NCBI GenBank assembly: GCA_036785375.1
Contig: JAWMAR010000276.1
Location: forward strand, 992,001-1,056,000
DNA from: Leucoraja ocellata
Taxonomy: Eukaryota
DNA: 64,000 bases
Reading direction: 5' to 3'
Shown here: one piece after another, positions 50,101 through 60,535 of the stretch
Layout of the letters: every line of letters begins with the position of its first letter
Position numbering within the stretch: position 1 is the stretch's first letter
Translations under genes and position numbers: made by a program
The notes under the pieces: model-generated
What the model saw: only the letters and a program-made list of their open reading frames with translations
The model's database searches: none
What the model was told of the DNA's origin: nothing

Positions 50101-52728
50101 GAGACAAGCCATATTACAAAGTTTAATGTTACAAAGTTTAATGATAGGGGTAGATGATCATTCTCATATTGACTTGGAAACAGATAAAAATCAAATGAAA
50201 AGTTATTTTCTTTCCTCCCCTCATCTTATTTCACCATTAAACGCACAAGAACAAGCTACATTGATTGTGTGTAGTGTTTTAGTCTTAGTCACACCAGATT
50301 GATCACGAAAACATTTTTCTATTTAGTTGCATAACCATTACATAGTATTGCAAAAACAAGAACCATAGATCACAGAAACAGGTTTGTGCCACCTCTGATA
50401 AAACCAGAGAGATTTATAAAAACTATTATTTCCTCTCTATGTTCAAAATATCTGTCAAGCATAACATTGTCCCAAGTATTAGCAATGCAAAACTTCTCAG
50501 TAAAAGGCAAAATGTGAATGGTGTAATTTAGCTGTACGAACCTCGGACGATCCCCTTCGAATCACTGATGTAGTGGGCATACGCCATCCACCAATCATCA
50601 TCCTCAGACAGAAGCTGCGAGTGCAGTGTAATCTGCTGGTTTGGAACTAAATGTGCAATCTCAAGCTTGACTGGTTCATCCACAAGCCCCCTTGTTGGCT
50701 CAGCTTTGATTATCGGTGCCACACCGAGACTATTACTCATTGCTATACCTAAATTTAAAGAACAAATATCCATGGGAATATCCATATAATAGCACATAAC
50801 AATGTTATTTCACTTATTTATGAACAACTAATGATGAACAGATACCGGTATACCAGAACCAAACACAATCAGTCAATGAAAAAATAATATGTACAAATCC
50901 AGAATCACCAATTCACCCCCGGGTAGGCCTCGGGGTAAATGTACCCCACATTGGGAACCCTTGCGGGACTAACCCATCCATTTATTTCTGCTTTATTTTA
51001 AACTGTAGTTCTCCATGCTGTTTAAAAAAATATTGCAATTATTTTTTGCATCACTTCAATATCTCCTCCAAGAAGAGAAAAGTTTCAGTTTCAGTTCAGT
51101 TTAGTTTATTGTCATGTGTACCAAGGTACAGTGAAAAGCTTTCGATGCATGATAACCAGTCAACGGAAAGACAATACATGATTACAATCAGACCATTCAC
51201 AGTGTACAGTAGAGAATAACATTTACTGCAAGATAAACCCAGCAAGGTCCGATCAAAGATAGTCCGAGGGTCACTGTGGAAGAAAATATTAATATCCTTT
51301 CTTACTTAATTTTGAATAGGACTGTAAACTCTGATCTCACATGGGAGTAATTACTGTTGTGTCTTTTTTTTTTAATGTAAATACTGGTTCTGTTCTGTTG
51401 CTTTGCACAATCCCGCAGATCATTGCCACTTTCATTTCACTGTACATCTTGTATGTGTATGTGACAAATAAAGTTGACTTGACTTGACTTGATTGGAATT
51501 GAACAAGGTAACGAAAGGGTGTTTGGATGTGACAATTGGCATCTATCGTTGACCAGGTTTAGAAGAGGTTTGTTGGAATTGGCTAAGTAAGATTAGACGT
51601 ATTACCTCTTATCTAGGAATGTGTTGAAGGGTGGATGGTAAATGTGAACATGAAATAGTAGACGAAGATAAGGAAGCTTGTTTCTCTCAGCAGTGTGTTA
51701 CAGTAGACCACCCGCGCCCCCTACCGCTAGTTACGTAGATACATTGCAGTAAATGGGGGGCTTATGATTGGCTCGGACAGGGGATTGTGGCGCCGTCACC
51801 TAAAAGGTGAGATAGAATAATGTCAAGATCCCCTATTATTGTGTTTGACTTGTATTAAGCATCTGTTGTAGAATAAGATTGACATTAACAACAAGTATGT
51901 TATGACTAATGAAATAATTGGTACCCATGTAGTAGATAGTAAATTTTCGTATAGTTGTATCTAACAAAAAAACAAAAGTTGTTTACTGCACAGTGTAACT
52001 GTCGGCTAATTCTGCTGTGTAGTCAGGGAACTGTTGAGCATTTAACTGCCGCCATCTCTCCATGATATCATGTAATAAAGTCTCTTGACCTGCGAAGTCT
52101 CCGCTTTCATTTTCCTCTAAATTAATTTCTTCCACAGTCACCAATGAGGAGATAGCAGTTCAGGACTGCTCTCTAGTTGCAGTAAGATGGTTCAGTTGTC
52201 TAATTAACAGCTGGGAAGAAACTGTCCCTGAATCTGGAGGTGTGCGTTGTCACTCGTCTGTACAGTTTGCCCGATTTGAGAGGGGAGAAGAGGGAGAAAA
52301 GGGAACTAAAACGAAAATGTAACCTAATGCTCTGTATATGTTGAATTGAATTTCAAATAATTTTTTATGAGCTTTTAAAAATCTATTACACTACATCCAC
52401 ATCATTCACTTTCACTATAAACGTTTACAGAACTTAGTTTACATTATGTGATATTAGGTAAATGAACTGGAAATTATGGCAGTTTAACAGCGTCTTCTCA
52501 TTCCTTTCAGTGGATTTATTAATTAAAATTGATTATGTTGCAAGATATCATTAAATAGCATTAAAAAAATTAAAAAACCATATATCATTTTTCATTAGAT
52601 CAAAAAGGTGAGGTCCTACCGTACAATACTGTACCTGAAGTGAGCAGTCTTCTAATAGATGGTTTTATTTTATAGGAATTACTATAATAGCTGCCTCTTA
52701 AGAATCGCAGTATCCAAAAATATTTCAT
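32067..52728 (-). CDS. Type-I acyl-CoA thioesterase / BAAT-ACNAT family protein, 11 coding exons, 472 aa (438 aa from the second ATG at 50740)
   Basis: complement join(52728-52635,50748-50542,49969-49870,44314-44124,40567-40392,40215-40096,38141-38059,36186-36093,35720-35640,35547-35406,32197-32067); all GT-AG and phase-compatible; motifs [51 protein letters not shown] (Ser), GEDD (Asp), GHLIEPPY (His), C-terminal SNL. Confidence 0.93.
32690..33146 (-). mobile_element. Internally deleted HERO-like (R2/NeSL group) non-LTR element
   Basis: [11 protein letters not shown]...QRTG..P.ETQEEPG (N-terminal zinc-finger end) joined directly to IK.ADPW.VAAGT and a ccccggctgggtcacctgggcgagg...gaaacacccgatgacccc 3' UTR; recognised from memory of fish HERO elements. 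Confidence 0.6.
34153..34308 (+). mobile_element. Mini-retroposon family B, ribozyme partly deleted
   Basis: Perfect TSD ttaatggagc at 34143-34152 and 34309-34318; homologous to 28001-28156. Confidence 0.85.
34435..34685 (-). mobile_element. CR1 ORF2 fragment
   Basis: [17 protein letters not shown] motif. Confidence 0.8.
34822..34875 (+). ncRNA. Predicted minimal HDV-like ribozyme (2 stem mismatches)
   Basis: P1 GGGGTGG/CCACACT, P2 GATTGCA/TGCAATC, P3 AGC/GGT, L3 TTCACGT, J4/2 CGAA. Confidence 0.7.
34822..34946 (+). mobile_element. Mini-retroposon family A with HDV-like ribozyme head
   Basis: TSD agcctacccaat (34810-34821) and agcctaccaaat (34947-34958); AAG tail. Confidence 0.85.
35406..35547 (-). 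CDS. Acyl-CoA thioesterase exon with catalytic His
   Basis: [35 protein letters not shown]; ag/gt boundaries. Confidence 0.92.
35640..35720 (-). CDS. Acyl-CoA thioesterase exon with catalytic Asp
   Basis: [27 protein letters not shown]. Confidence 0.92.
36093..36186 (-). CDS. Acyl-CoA thioesterase exon
   Basis: [31 protein letters not shown]; cctag|A...CCG|gtaaat. Confidence 0.85.
36297..37876 (+). mobile_element. Tc1/mariner DNA transposon, IR/DR type, near full length, inactivated
   Basis: TA duplication; about 210-bp terminal inverted repeats starting cagtggcttgcaaaagtattca; transposase from ATG 36676 with [29 protein letters not shown]; stops and frameshifts. Confidence 0.95.
38059..38141 (-). 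CDS. Acyl-CoA thioesterase exon
   Basis: [27 protein letters not shown]; ttcag|...GA|gtaagt. Confidence 0.88.
39078..39372 (+). mobile_element. tRNA-derived SINE (HE1-like)
   Basis: tRNA-like head, V-core-like body, (ctaaa)n tail. Confidence 0.75.
40096..40215 (-). CDS. Acyl-CoA thioesterase exon with nucleophile Ser
   Basis: [40 protein letters not shown] (GxSxG). Confidence 0.93.
40392..40567 (-). CDS. Acyl-CoA thioesterase exon
   Basis: [38 protein letters not shown]...SYFE|gtaagg. Confidence 0.95.
43070..43345 (+). mobile_element. CR1 3' end
   Basis: acacagagagtggtgaatctgtggaattctctgcc...ggccgaatggcctactcctgcacc plus (tttctatg)n tail; the same subfamily occurs at about 27710-27925 and 28690-28795. 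Confidence 0.85.
44124..44314 (-). CDS. Acyl-CoA thioesterase exon
   Basis: [20 protein letters not shown]...[28 protein letters not shown]. Confidence 0.93.
45048..45878 (-). mobile_element. GC-rich non-autonomous retroelement nested in Tc1
   Basis: (attca)n tail, CpG-rich body, shared hairpin module. Confidence 0.65.
46735..46996 (-). mobile_element. Rex1/L2-like 3' fragment nested in the Tc1 transposase
   Basis: Interrupts the SPD-LNP codons; (gaattaat)n tail and attggccaagtattcacatacaaggaatttg. Confidence 0.6.
47828..48528 (+). mobile_element. GC-rich non-autonomous retroelement
   Basis: 5' module shared with 27128-27428; hairpin module; aataaag...(tta)n tail. Confidence 0.65.
48860..49720 (+). 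mobile_element. Fragmented CR1
   Basis: [11 protein letters not shown]-like and [10 protein letters not shown] motifs plus a 3' tail. Confidence 0.75.
49870..49969 (-). CDS. Acyl-CoA thioesterase exon
   Basis: [33 protein letters not shown]. Confidence 0.93.
50542..50748 (-). CDS. Acyl-CoA thioesterase exon containing the second ATG (50740)
   Basis: [69 protein letters not shown]. Confidence 0.92.
51275..52136 (+). mobile_element. Solo LTR
   Basis: TG...CA ends with inverted repeat tgtggaagaaa/tttcttccaca; 5-bp TSD gtcac (51270-51274, 52137-52141); AATAAA about 52074; splits a Rex1-like 3' fragment. Confidence 0.8.
52635..52728 (-). CDS. Acyl-CoA thioesterase presequence exon
   Basis: [31 protein letters not shown]|G; phase-1 donor in frame with the next exon; conserved in the duplicate at 25864-25957. 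Confidence 0.8.
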
Positions 52729-53117
52729 TATCTAGTAAAGGAAAGAATAATGTGACAATGAAAATAGACCAAATAACTTAAACAATGCCACCTAATAAGT
52801 ATTTCCCATCCCACCTTAAACCTACATCCTCTGGTTCATGATTCGCCTTCTCTGGATAAAAGACTGTGCATTCACCCTCTTTAGTCTTCTCATGATTTTA
52901 CACACCTCTATAAGATCACCTCTCAGCCTCCTGCACTCCAAGGAATAAAGTCCTAGCACGCCCAACTTCTTCCTATAGCTCCATCTTAATGACATCCTGA
53001 CTATAGCAGGGTGACCAAAACTGAACACAATACTCTAAATGCTGCCTCATCAATGTAACTGTGACATAATAACCCAATACAATGCTATATAACTCTATAC
53101 AATGCTGGAAAAATCGA

Positions 53118-53360
53118 AGGTACACAAAAATGCTGGAGCAATTCAGTGGGTGAGGCCGCATCTATGGAGCGAAGGAATAAGTGACGTTTCGGGTCGAGAC
53201 CCTTCTTCAGACTGTTGTGGGGGGGGGCAGGAAGAAGAAAGGAAGAGGCGGAAACAGTGGGCTGTGGGAGAGCTGGGAAGGGAAGAGGAAGGAGGGAGAA
53301 AGCAAGGACTACCTGAAATTGGAGAAGTCAATGTTCATACCGCTGGGGTGCAAACTTGTT
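53118..53360 (-). mobile_element. Penelope 3' fragment with intact hammerhead core
   Basis: Same module as 8206 onward; core at 53181-53212. Confidence 0.8.
53181..53212 (-). ncRNA. Minimal type-I hammerhead ribozyme motif
   Basis: Minus strand: GT-CTGAAGA-A-GGGTCTCGACCC-GAAACGTC-AC. Confidence 0.6.
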
Positions 53361-54060
53361 AATCATACCTTCTGCATTCCATCCAAATCATTGATTTCAA
53401 TCACAACAGCAATGGGTCCAATACTGATCCCTGAAACATCCCCACAGCCACAGGCCTCCAGGCCAAAAAAAACAACCATAATTTTCTGCTTCCTTCCATG
53501 AAACCAATTCTCTATCCAATCGGCTAGTTTGCCACAGCTCATATACGATCTAACCTTCCAGAACAGCCTACCCTGCGAACCTTATCGAATGCCTTGCTCA
53601 AGTCCATATTGGCAACACCCCTACAGCTTTGCCTTTGACAACCTTTTTGGTTACTTCTTCGAAAAACTCCATTAGGTTCGTAAGGCACCATCACGTTACA
53701 TGTGACACCATTTTCAGGGAACTAAATACCTGCATTCCTAGATCCCACTATACTAAACCAGACTGACTATTCCTAATCACCTATGTTTATCCAAATGCAT
53801 ATACATCTTATTCCTCAGAATCCTCTCGAATAACTTGCCCATCACAAATGTTAGACTCACTGATCTATAGTTCCTGGATTTTCATTGCAGCCCTTCTTAA
53901 ATAGAGAAACAATGTTAGCTACCCTCCAATCTTCCGGCACCTCATCCACGTCAAATAATGATTCATATATCTCACCCAGGGCGCCTGCAATTTCTTCTCT
54001 AGTCTCCCACCGTGTCCACTGATATACCGGATCAGGCTCAGGAGATTTATCTACTCTCAT

Positions 54061-55087
54061 CATCATCATCATCAGCGGTCACTCAAAACGAGTATGACTG
54101 TCCACTCCTCTCCATAGGGTCGTCTACTTGTGGATCTGTAGATGTCTGTAGAGGCTGATCCGCGATCCACACACCTTGGTGCAATGTGGGTGGGCAGTGG
54201 AGACTGGCGGTGGTTGGTAGTCGTCGAGCCCCCTTCACTCTCTCCTTACGGTGCTGTCGCTTTGTCTAAGTGACACGGCGTAGTTCCGTTTCATGACGAG
54301 TTGCTCTACAACATTCCAGAGCAAGGAATGTTCAGTGCAATGTGCTCCCAGTTGCTAGATGCGATGTGAAATTTCTTCTGACTGTTCTTGATGTTGTCCT
54401 TGAAACGTTTCTTTGGCCCGCCGGGGGCTCACTGACCTTCCTTCAATTGAGAGAACAGGATCAGTTTAGGGATACGCGTGTTGGACATGCGGATGACATG
54501 GCCAGTCTATCGAAGTTGCTGCTGCATTATTGTGGTGGTGATGCCGGCCATGTTGGCTTCCTCCAAAACGCTGATATTGGTGCGTTTGTCCTCCCAGCTG
54601 ATCCTCAGAATCTTTCGTAAGGATCTTTGATGGTATTGTTACAGGGCTCTCAGGTGCCTGCTTTTGGTGGTCCATGAATCGGCTCCATACAACAGGGTGG
54701 GGAGGCAACAGTCTGTAGACCAGCAGTTTTGTTTGAGCCTTTAGGTCAAAGACTCTTTTCCTGAGTCTGGCGTAGGCTCCACTGGCACAACTCAGGCGAT
54801 GGTTGACCTCAGAGTCAATGTCAGCTTTTGAGGAAAGAATGCTGTCAATGTAGGGGAAGTGGTCAACGTTTCAAGAGTGGTGTCGTCCACTACCGGCTGG
54901 GTAGACAGCTGGTTGGGTGGAGGTTGATGAAGGATCCCGTGGCAGCTCTTCACCAATGAAGAAGTATGGCAGCAATGAAGACGACAAACAGGGTGAGTGC
55001 GATGATGCATCCGTGTTTGACCCCCGTTTCCACAGTGAAGGGTTTGGACTCAGAGCCGCAGTTGGTGAGCACTGTGACTGACATGCC
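54061..55087 (-). mobile_element. RTE (BovB-like) LINE, 5' truncated
   Basis: GVKHGCIIALTLF RT motif; (GAT)n tail; TSD atctactctcat (54049-54060) and atctaccctcat (55088-55099). Confidence 0.8.
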
Positions 55088-55914
55088 ATCTACCCTCATA
55101 TGTCTCAAGACATCCAGCACCTCCTCAACCATAATACAGATAGTCCTCAATACATCTCCATTAACTGTGCTAGGTTCCCCAATCATGTATTTCTCCACAG
55201 TAATGAGAAATACTCATTGACGACCAGACCCAACTCCTGCTGCTCCACATTGAGATGACCACTATGATTTCCGAGGGGCCCTATTCTCTCTAGTTACCCT
55301 CTTTCCATGAACGTACTTACAAAGTCTCTTAGGGTTTTCATAAGTTAAGGGTTCATAAGACATAGGAACAGAATTAGGCCTTTTGGCCATCTTGTCTACT
55401 CAGGCATTCAATCAGGACTGATCCATCTTTCCCTCTCAACCCCATTCTCCTGGCTCCCCCCCGCTCCCCCCATAACCTTTGGCACCCTTACGAGTCAAGA
55501 ACCTGTCAATCTCTGCTTTAAAAATACCCAAAGCCGGCCTCCAATGCCATCGCCAGTAATAGATTCCACAAATTTTCCTTACTATCTGCTAGAGCCATTC
55601 CCTACCCCTTTTTTGCCCTCTGATTCCTTCTTACTTATGCTCCTCAGTTTCCGAAAATCCTCCAAGTACACGTGTGCCCCACTGCCTACAGCTGTCCCAG
55701 GCTTTCTTGTTTTTCCTGACCAGAGCCTCAATTTCTCTTGACATCCAAGCTTGCTTATTCCTGCCTGCCTTGACATTTACTTTCACCAAAACATGCATGC
55801 TCGAACTCATCATCACACTTTTAAAAACTACCCACTTTTGCCCTCAAACAAGTTTTGCAAGCTCCTGTCTCATACCTTTAAATTAAAGTTGGTCTTTCCC
55901 CAATTCAGAATTTC

Positions 55915-56590
55915 AATAGACAATAGGTGCAGGAGTAGGCCATTCGACCCAGCACCGCCATTCAAAGTGATCATGGCTGATCATCCCCAATCAGTAACGC
56001 GTTCCTGCCTTCTCCCCATATCCCCTGACTGCTATTTTTAAGAGCCCTATCTAGCTCTCTCTTGAAAGCATCCAGAGAACCTGCCTCCACCACCCTCCAA
56101 GGCAGAGAATTCCACAGACTCACCACTCTCTGTGAGAAAAAGTGTTTCCTCGTGTCCGTTCTAAATGGCTTACTCCTTATTCTTAAACTGTGGCCCCTGG
56201 TTCTGGACTCCCCCATCATCGGGAACATGTTTCCTGCCTCTGGCGTGTCCAAACCCTTAACAATCTTATATGTGTTAATGAGATCACCTCTCATACTTCT
56301 AAACTCCAGAGTGTACAAGCCCAGCTGCTCCATTCTCTCAGCATATGACAGTCCCGCCATCCCGGGAATTAACCTTGTTAACCTACGCTGCACTCCCTCA
56401 ATAGCAAGAATGTCCTTCCTCAAATTAGGATACCAAAAGCACACAATACTCCAGATGTGGCCTCACTGGGGCTCTGTACAACTGCAGAAGGACCTCTTTG
56501 CTCCTATATTCGATTCCTCGTTATAAAGGCCAACATGCCATTCGCTTTCTTCACTGCCCGCTGTACCTGCATGCTTACTTTCATAGACTG
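55915..56590 (-). mobile_element. Young CR1 3' fragment
   Basis: ORF 55971-56444 KDILAIEGVQRRLTRLIPG...FFSQRVVSLWNSLP. Confidence 0.9.
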
Positions 56591-57059
56591 AATTTCAACT
56601 TGTGGCCTTATTCATAACTATTTTAAAACTAACAGAATGATTGTCATTGGTCCCAAATGGCTCACCCATGGACACAACAGTCACTTGCCCATACCAATTT
56701 CCAAACTATATTGGGAAAATTTAAATCCCCTATGACAATTTGTCTTATAGCTGCATGTAATATCCAGGCCTATATTTTTTCTTCTAATTCTCGCTGCTAT
56801 TTGAGGACCCATCGTACATTCTCAACAAGGTGATAGTTTCCTTTATATTAGGTAGACAAAAATGCTGGAGAAACTCAGCGGGTGAGGCAGCATCTATGGA
56901 GCGAAGAAAATAAGCAACGTTTTGGGTCGAGATCCTTCTTCAGACTATATGTTGCTTTATATTTCTCAGCTTGGTTTCTTGGTTTCCTGGTCCTCCAAAA
57001 TATACAAAATGGAATTGGAGGTGGTGGAGGGAGGACTTAAGCCAGAAAGGGTTCTTGGG

Positions 57060-57420
57060 AAGAAAGAGCTACCTTAAATTTTATTGCATCTGGTTGGGTA
57101 ACTATGGTAGGGTGAAGACTATTCCATGTTTTAATTGTGCGGGGGAAGAATGAATTACTGTACACATCTGCCTTGGTAACTGGTATCTCAAATTAGATCG
57201 AATGCCCTCGTCTGCTCCTAATTGGTTTGGGTTTGGTGTAGGTTTTGTAATTATGTCGAGCTTGCCATTTAGCATTTTGTTAAAACAGGTCAAACGGTGA
57301 GCTTCATGTCTGTCTTGGAGAGCGTTCCATCCCAGTGAATTCAGAAGTTTGGTAACACTCGCTTCTCTCTCATAGGTATAAGTAACAAATCGAGCTGCCT
57401 GTCTTTGGACACGTTTGGTG
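57060..57420 (-). mobile_element. CR1-group LINE fragment of invertebrate-like type
   Basis: VQRQAARFVTYTYEREASVTKLLNSLGWNALQDR...NSFFPRTIKTWNSL. Confidence 0.7.
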
Positions 57421-58556
57421 GAAGAATTTTTTTTATTTGATGAAAGTTGCATCTCAGAAAATGTAGGAGACCTGTTGCTTTCACCGTTGCATGAGTCTGA
57501 CCACCCAAAAAGCCTGATTGATATTGGTACTATCGTCTCAGACCACTGCCGTGACATTCTTCTTAATCAATAAAGCTCTTTTACCTCTCCTTCCATTGTA
57601 CTTGTACCCTGGAACATTAAACTGCCAGTCCTGCCTTAGCTTGGTTTACATAGCAACTACAACATCCCAGTCACACATACCTATCTAGACCCAGAGTTCA
57701 TCCACCTTGTCTGTCACGCCTCCTGCATTAAATTACATACAATTTAATCCCACTGTGCTCCTTGCCTGTCCACTGAATTTTCTTTAATCACCTTCCATAC
57801 CAACTTTGAGCCTCTCACCTGCACTGGATCCCACATCCCTGCCAATCTAGTTTAAACACAACACTAACAGTAACAACCCTGCCTGTCAGGATATAGGTTC
57901 CTCGCCAGTGGATCTTGTGTCACTGTATAATCAACTTCTGACCTGCTTTGCCAGCCAGTCCAGTTGAATTTCTGGTCAAATCCTGACCACAGGATATTGA
58001 TGGTGCAGGACTCAGCAAAATTGTCTCAAGAAGTTAGACTCTCTTATTTTCCAACACTTTGGCAGCACAAATATCATTTGCCACATGTCAGCCCATTCGT
58101 GAATATTACTGAGGTATTCTGTCATGCAGCTACAATTGTTTCATTTGCTGCGAAACTGCGAATTGAATTGGGTATTGGTAGTCCGAAGACCAACATTCGA
58201 TCTCACAGCCAAAATATTGATTCAAAAGCAAACTCGACCTTCTTCGCTTTAAAGTATGACTCGCGACCAGCCTCACATGAAATACTGTGTATCAGTTCAC
58301 CTGGAGGCGGAAATGGCCAGCTACTAAAAGCCGTACTACAGGTAGACGGTGCTCAGTGGTGATAAGTTATGAAGCTATTAGTAACTGAATGCAATTTTTT
58401 TTGGTACAAAATAAATGTGACTGACCTGAACCTCCCCTTGCAGCAACTGGCCCCGACCGACTTCAATGATAAAGCCATCTCGATGTGCATGCGCACTCAG
58501 TCTCTCGGGGCGGACTGAGTGCGCATATAACACTAGGTTTCCGTGCTCGTACATAC

Positions 58557-58700
58557 CTGGCACCCTGCCACCTATTCATGTTTCTACCAGCTCGGTGTTC
58601 GCCCATGGCCCGCTGCTGCAGGTGGCGCTGGGCGATGGCGGTGGCGACGACGGCGACGAATGGAGGAAGGAACCGCTGCTTCCAGCAGCCGTCACGTGAC
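58557..58700 (-). other. Probable first (5' UTR/uORF) exon of the acyl-CoA thioesterase gene
   Basis: CpG island; strong donor CCAG|gtatgt at 58557/58556; flanking homology present upstream of the duplicate copy. Confidence 0.55.
58691..58700. promoter_or_regulatory. Perfect palindromic E-box/CLEAR element GTCACGTGAC in the CpG island
   Basis: Exact 10-bp palindrome at the presumed TSS region. Confidence 0.55.
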
Positions 58701-59009
58701 GCGCCCGCGCTCCAGGCCTAGTGCGCGCGGCCGTCCGTTTAACGGTTTCCGACCAACATCGAACGTTGCCGATCCACGTCCTCCAGAGATACGTTCACTC
58801 TTTGCACAAGCGACGTTTCGCTCTTCCGGAGACGCCGCCTGACCGACCCACCAGCCGCGGTTACTCCAGCGCTCAGTGCTTAGCCAGCTCGGTTCATGGA
58901 AGCTGTGTGCAATCTGCTTGTAGTGGGCGAAATCTTTACTTCAGAACTGGTCACACGTCTAGCCAGGCTGTTTCAGTACAGACACAATATGGCATTTATT
59001 TTACCTAGT

Positions 59010-60300
59010 CATGTGGAAAATCAGACTTCTATTTGTAGACTACAGCTCTGCTTTCAATACCTTTGTCCTATTCAAGCTCATCTACAAACTCGTGGATGTT
59101 GGAGTCAACTGGCTTCCAACCTCACTTCCAGCCCAACAGACCACAAGCAGGGAGGACAGGCAGGGGGGTGGGGGCAACAAGTGCCATTTGGCATAGGCCT
59201 CAATGCTTCAAAGGAATCCTGATTTGGGGGCCTCTGCTTGATCTTGGTTTGGAGGCCACTAAAATTGAAACTGGCCTGAGCCTCAGTTCATCTAAGAGAG
59301 GGCCTGAGGACAGGTGACAAATCATCCTCGACGATAATCTTCAACACCGATGCCCGGCAAAGAGGCATCCTCAGCCCCCTTGTTCACTCCATGTACACCC
59401 AGACGTGCAGCCAAATGCAAAACCAACAATGTACAAATTTGCAGACAACATCGTAGGGGATCAAATACCAAATAATGACGAGACGGAGTACATGAAGGAG
59501 ATTGACAACCTCGTAACCTAGTGCCAAGACAACAACCTTTCCCTCCATGTCAGCAAGACAAAGGAGATTGATAAACTTCACCAAGAAAAGCTTTACACAT
59601 AGTATGGGGGGGACTGCTGTGAGGGAGGTGGAGGGAGAGGAAAACAAAGGAGGACCCGGCATGGGGGGGGGTGGGGGAGAACAAAAGAGGACCTGGTGCG
59701 GGATACTTTGTAACTTTGTCAGTGCCTTTTATCTGGTGACTATTTGCATACCCAAGGCGTGCAAGCAAAGAATTTCACTGTGACTTGTATTCATTCATTC
59801 ATATTGATGGTGCTGAAGTAGAGATGGTTGAAAGCTTAAAGTTCTTCGGCGTAAATATCACCAACAACTTGTCCTGGGCCAGCCATATCAAAGCAATGGC
59901 CACAAAAACACACTAATGTCTCTACTTCCTTCAGAGGCTTAAGAAGTTCGGCATGTCCCCAACAACTCTCACCAACTTCCACAGATGTGCCATGGAAATC
60001 ATTTTATCAGGATGCATCACAGCATTCTCCATTCAAGACTGCAAGAAATTGCAGAGAATTGTGGAAACAGCCCAGACCATCTTGCAAATCGACCTCACTT
60101 CCATTGATCCATCTACACCACGCTGCCTCGTCAAGGCCAGCAGCACAATCAAGGATGAGTCTCACCCCGATCACTCCCTTCTCCCATCAGGCATGAGGTA
60201 CAGAAGTGTAAAAACGCATAATTTCAGATTCAAGGAAAGTTTCTTCCTAGCTATTATCAGGCAACTGAACCATCCTATCACCAACTAGAGAGCGGCCCTG
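59010..60300 (+). mobile_element. Rex1/Babar LINE remnant
   Basis: IRLLFVDYSSAFNT, KFADN..V, LYFL.RLKKFGMSPTTLTNFHRCA.E.ILSGCIT. Confidence 0.85.
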
Positions 60301-60319
60301 ACCGCCCACCTGCTTCATT

Positions 60320-60535
60320 GTCTCTATCACAGGCGACAGACTATCGACTGATGTCTACTACAAACCCACCGACTCCCACAGTAATCTAGACTCCTCCTCC
60401 CACCTGCCTCTTACAAAGACACTATGCCCCACTCTCAATTTCTCCATCTCTGGCACATGTGCTCCCAAGATTAGGCTTTCCATTGTAGGACATCCCAGAT
60501 GTCCACTTTCTTTAGTAAATGTGTTCTCCCCCTCC
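60320..60535 (+). mobile_element. Penelope RT fragment
   Basis: ITGDRLSTDVYYKPTDSHSNLD. Confidence 0.7.

Larger units (their letters stand above)
53360..56700 (-). mobile_element. Older CR1 split by an RTE and by younger CR1 insertions
   Basis: VPEDWRVANIVSLFKKG and KQAWMSREIEALVRKNKKAW segments are collinear across the interruptions. Confidence 0.75.
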
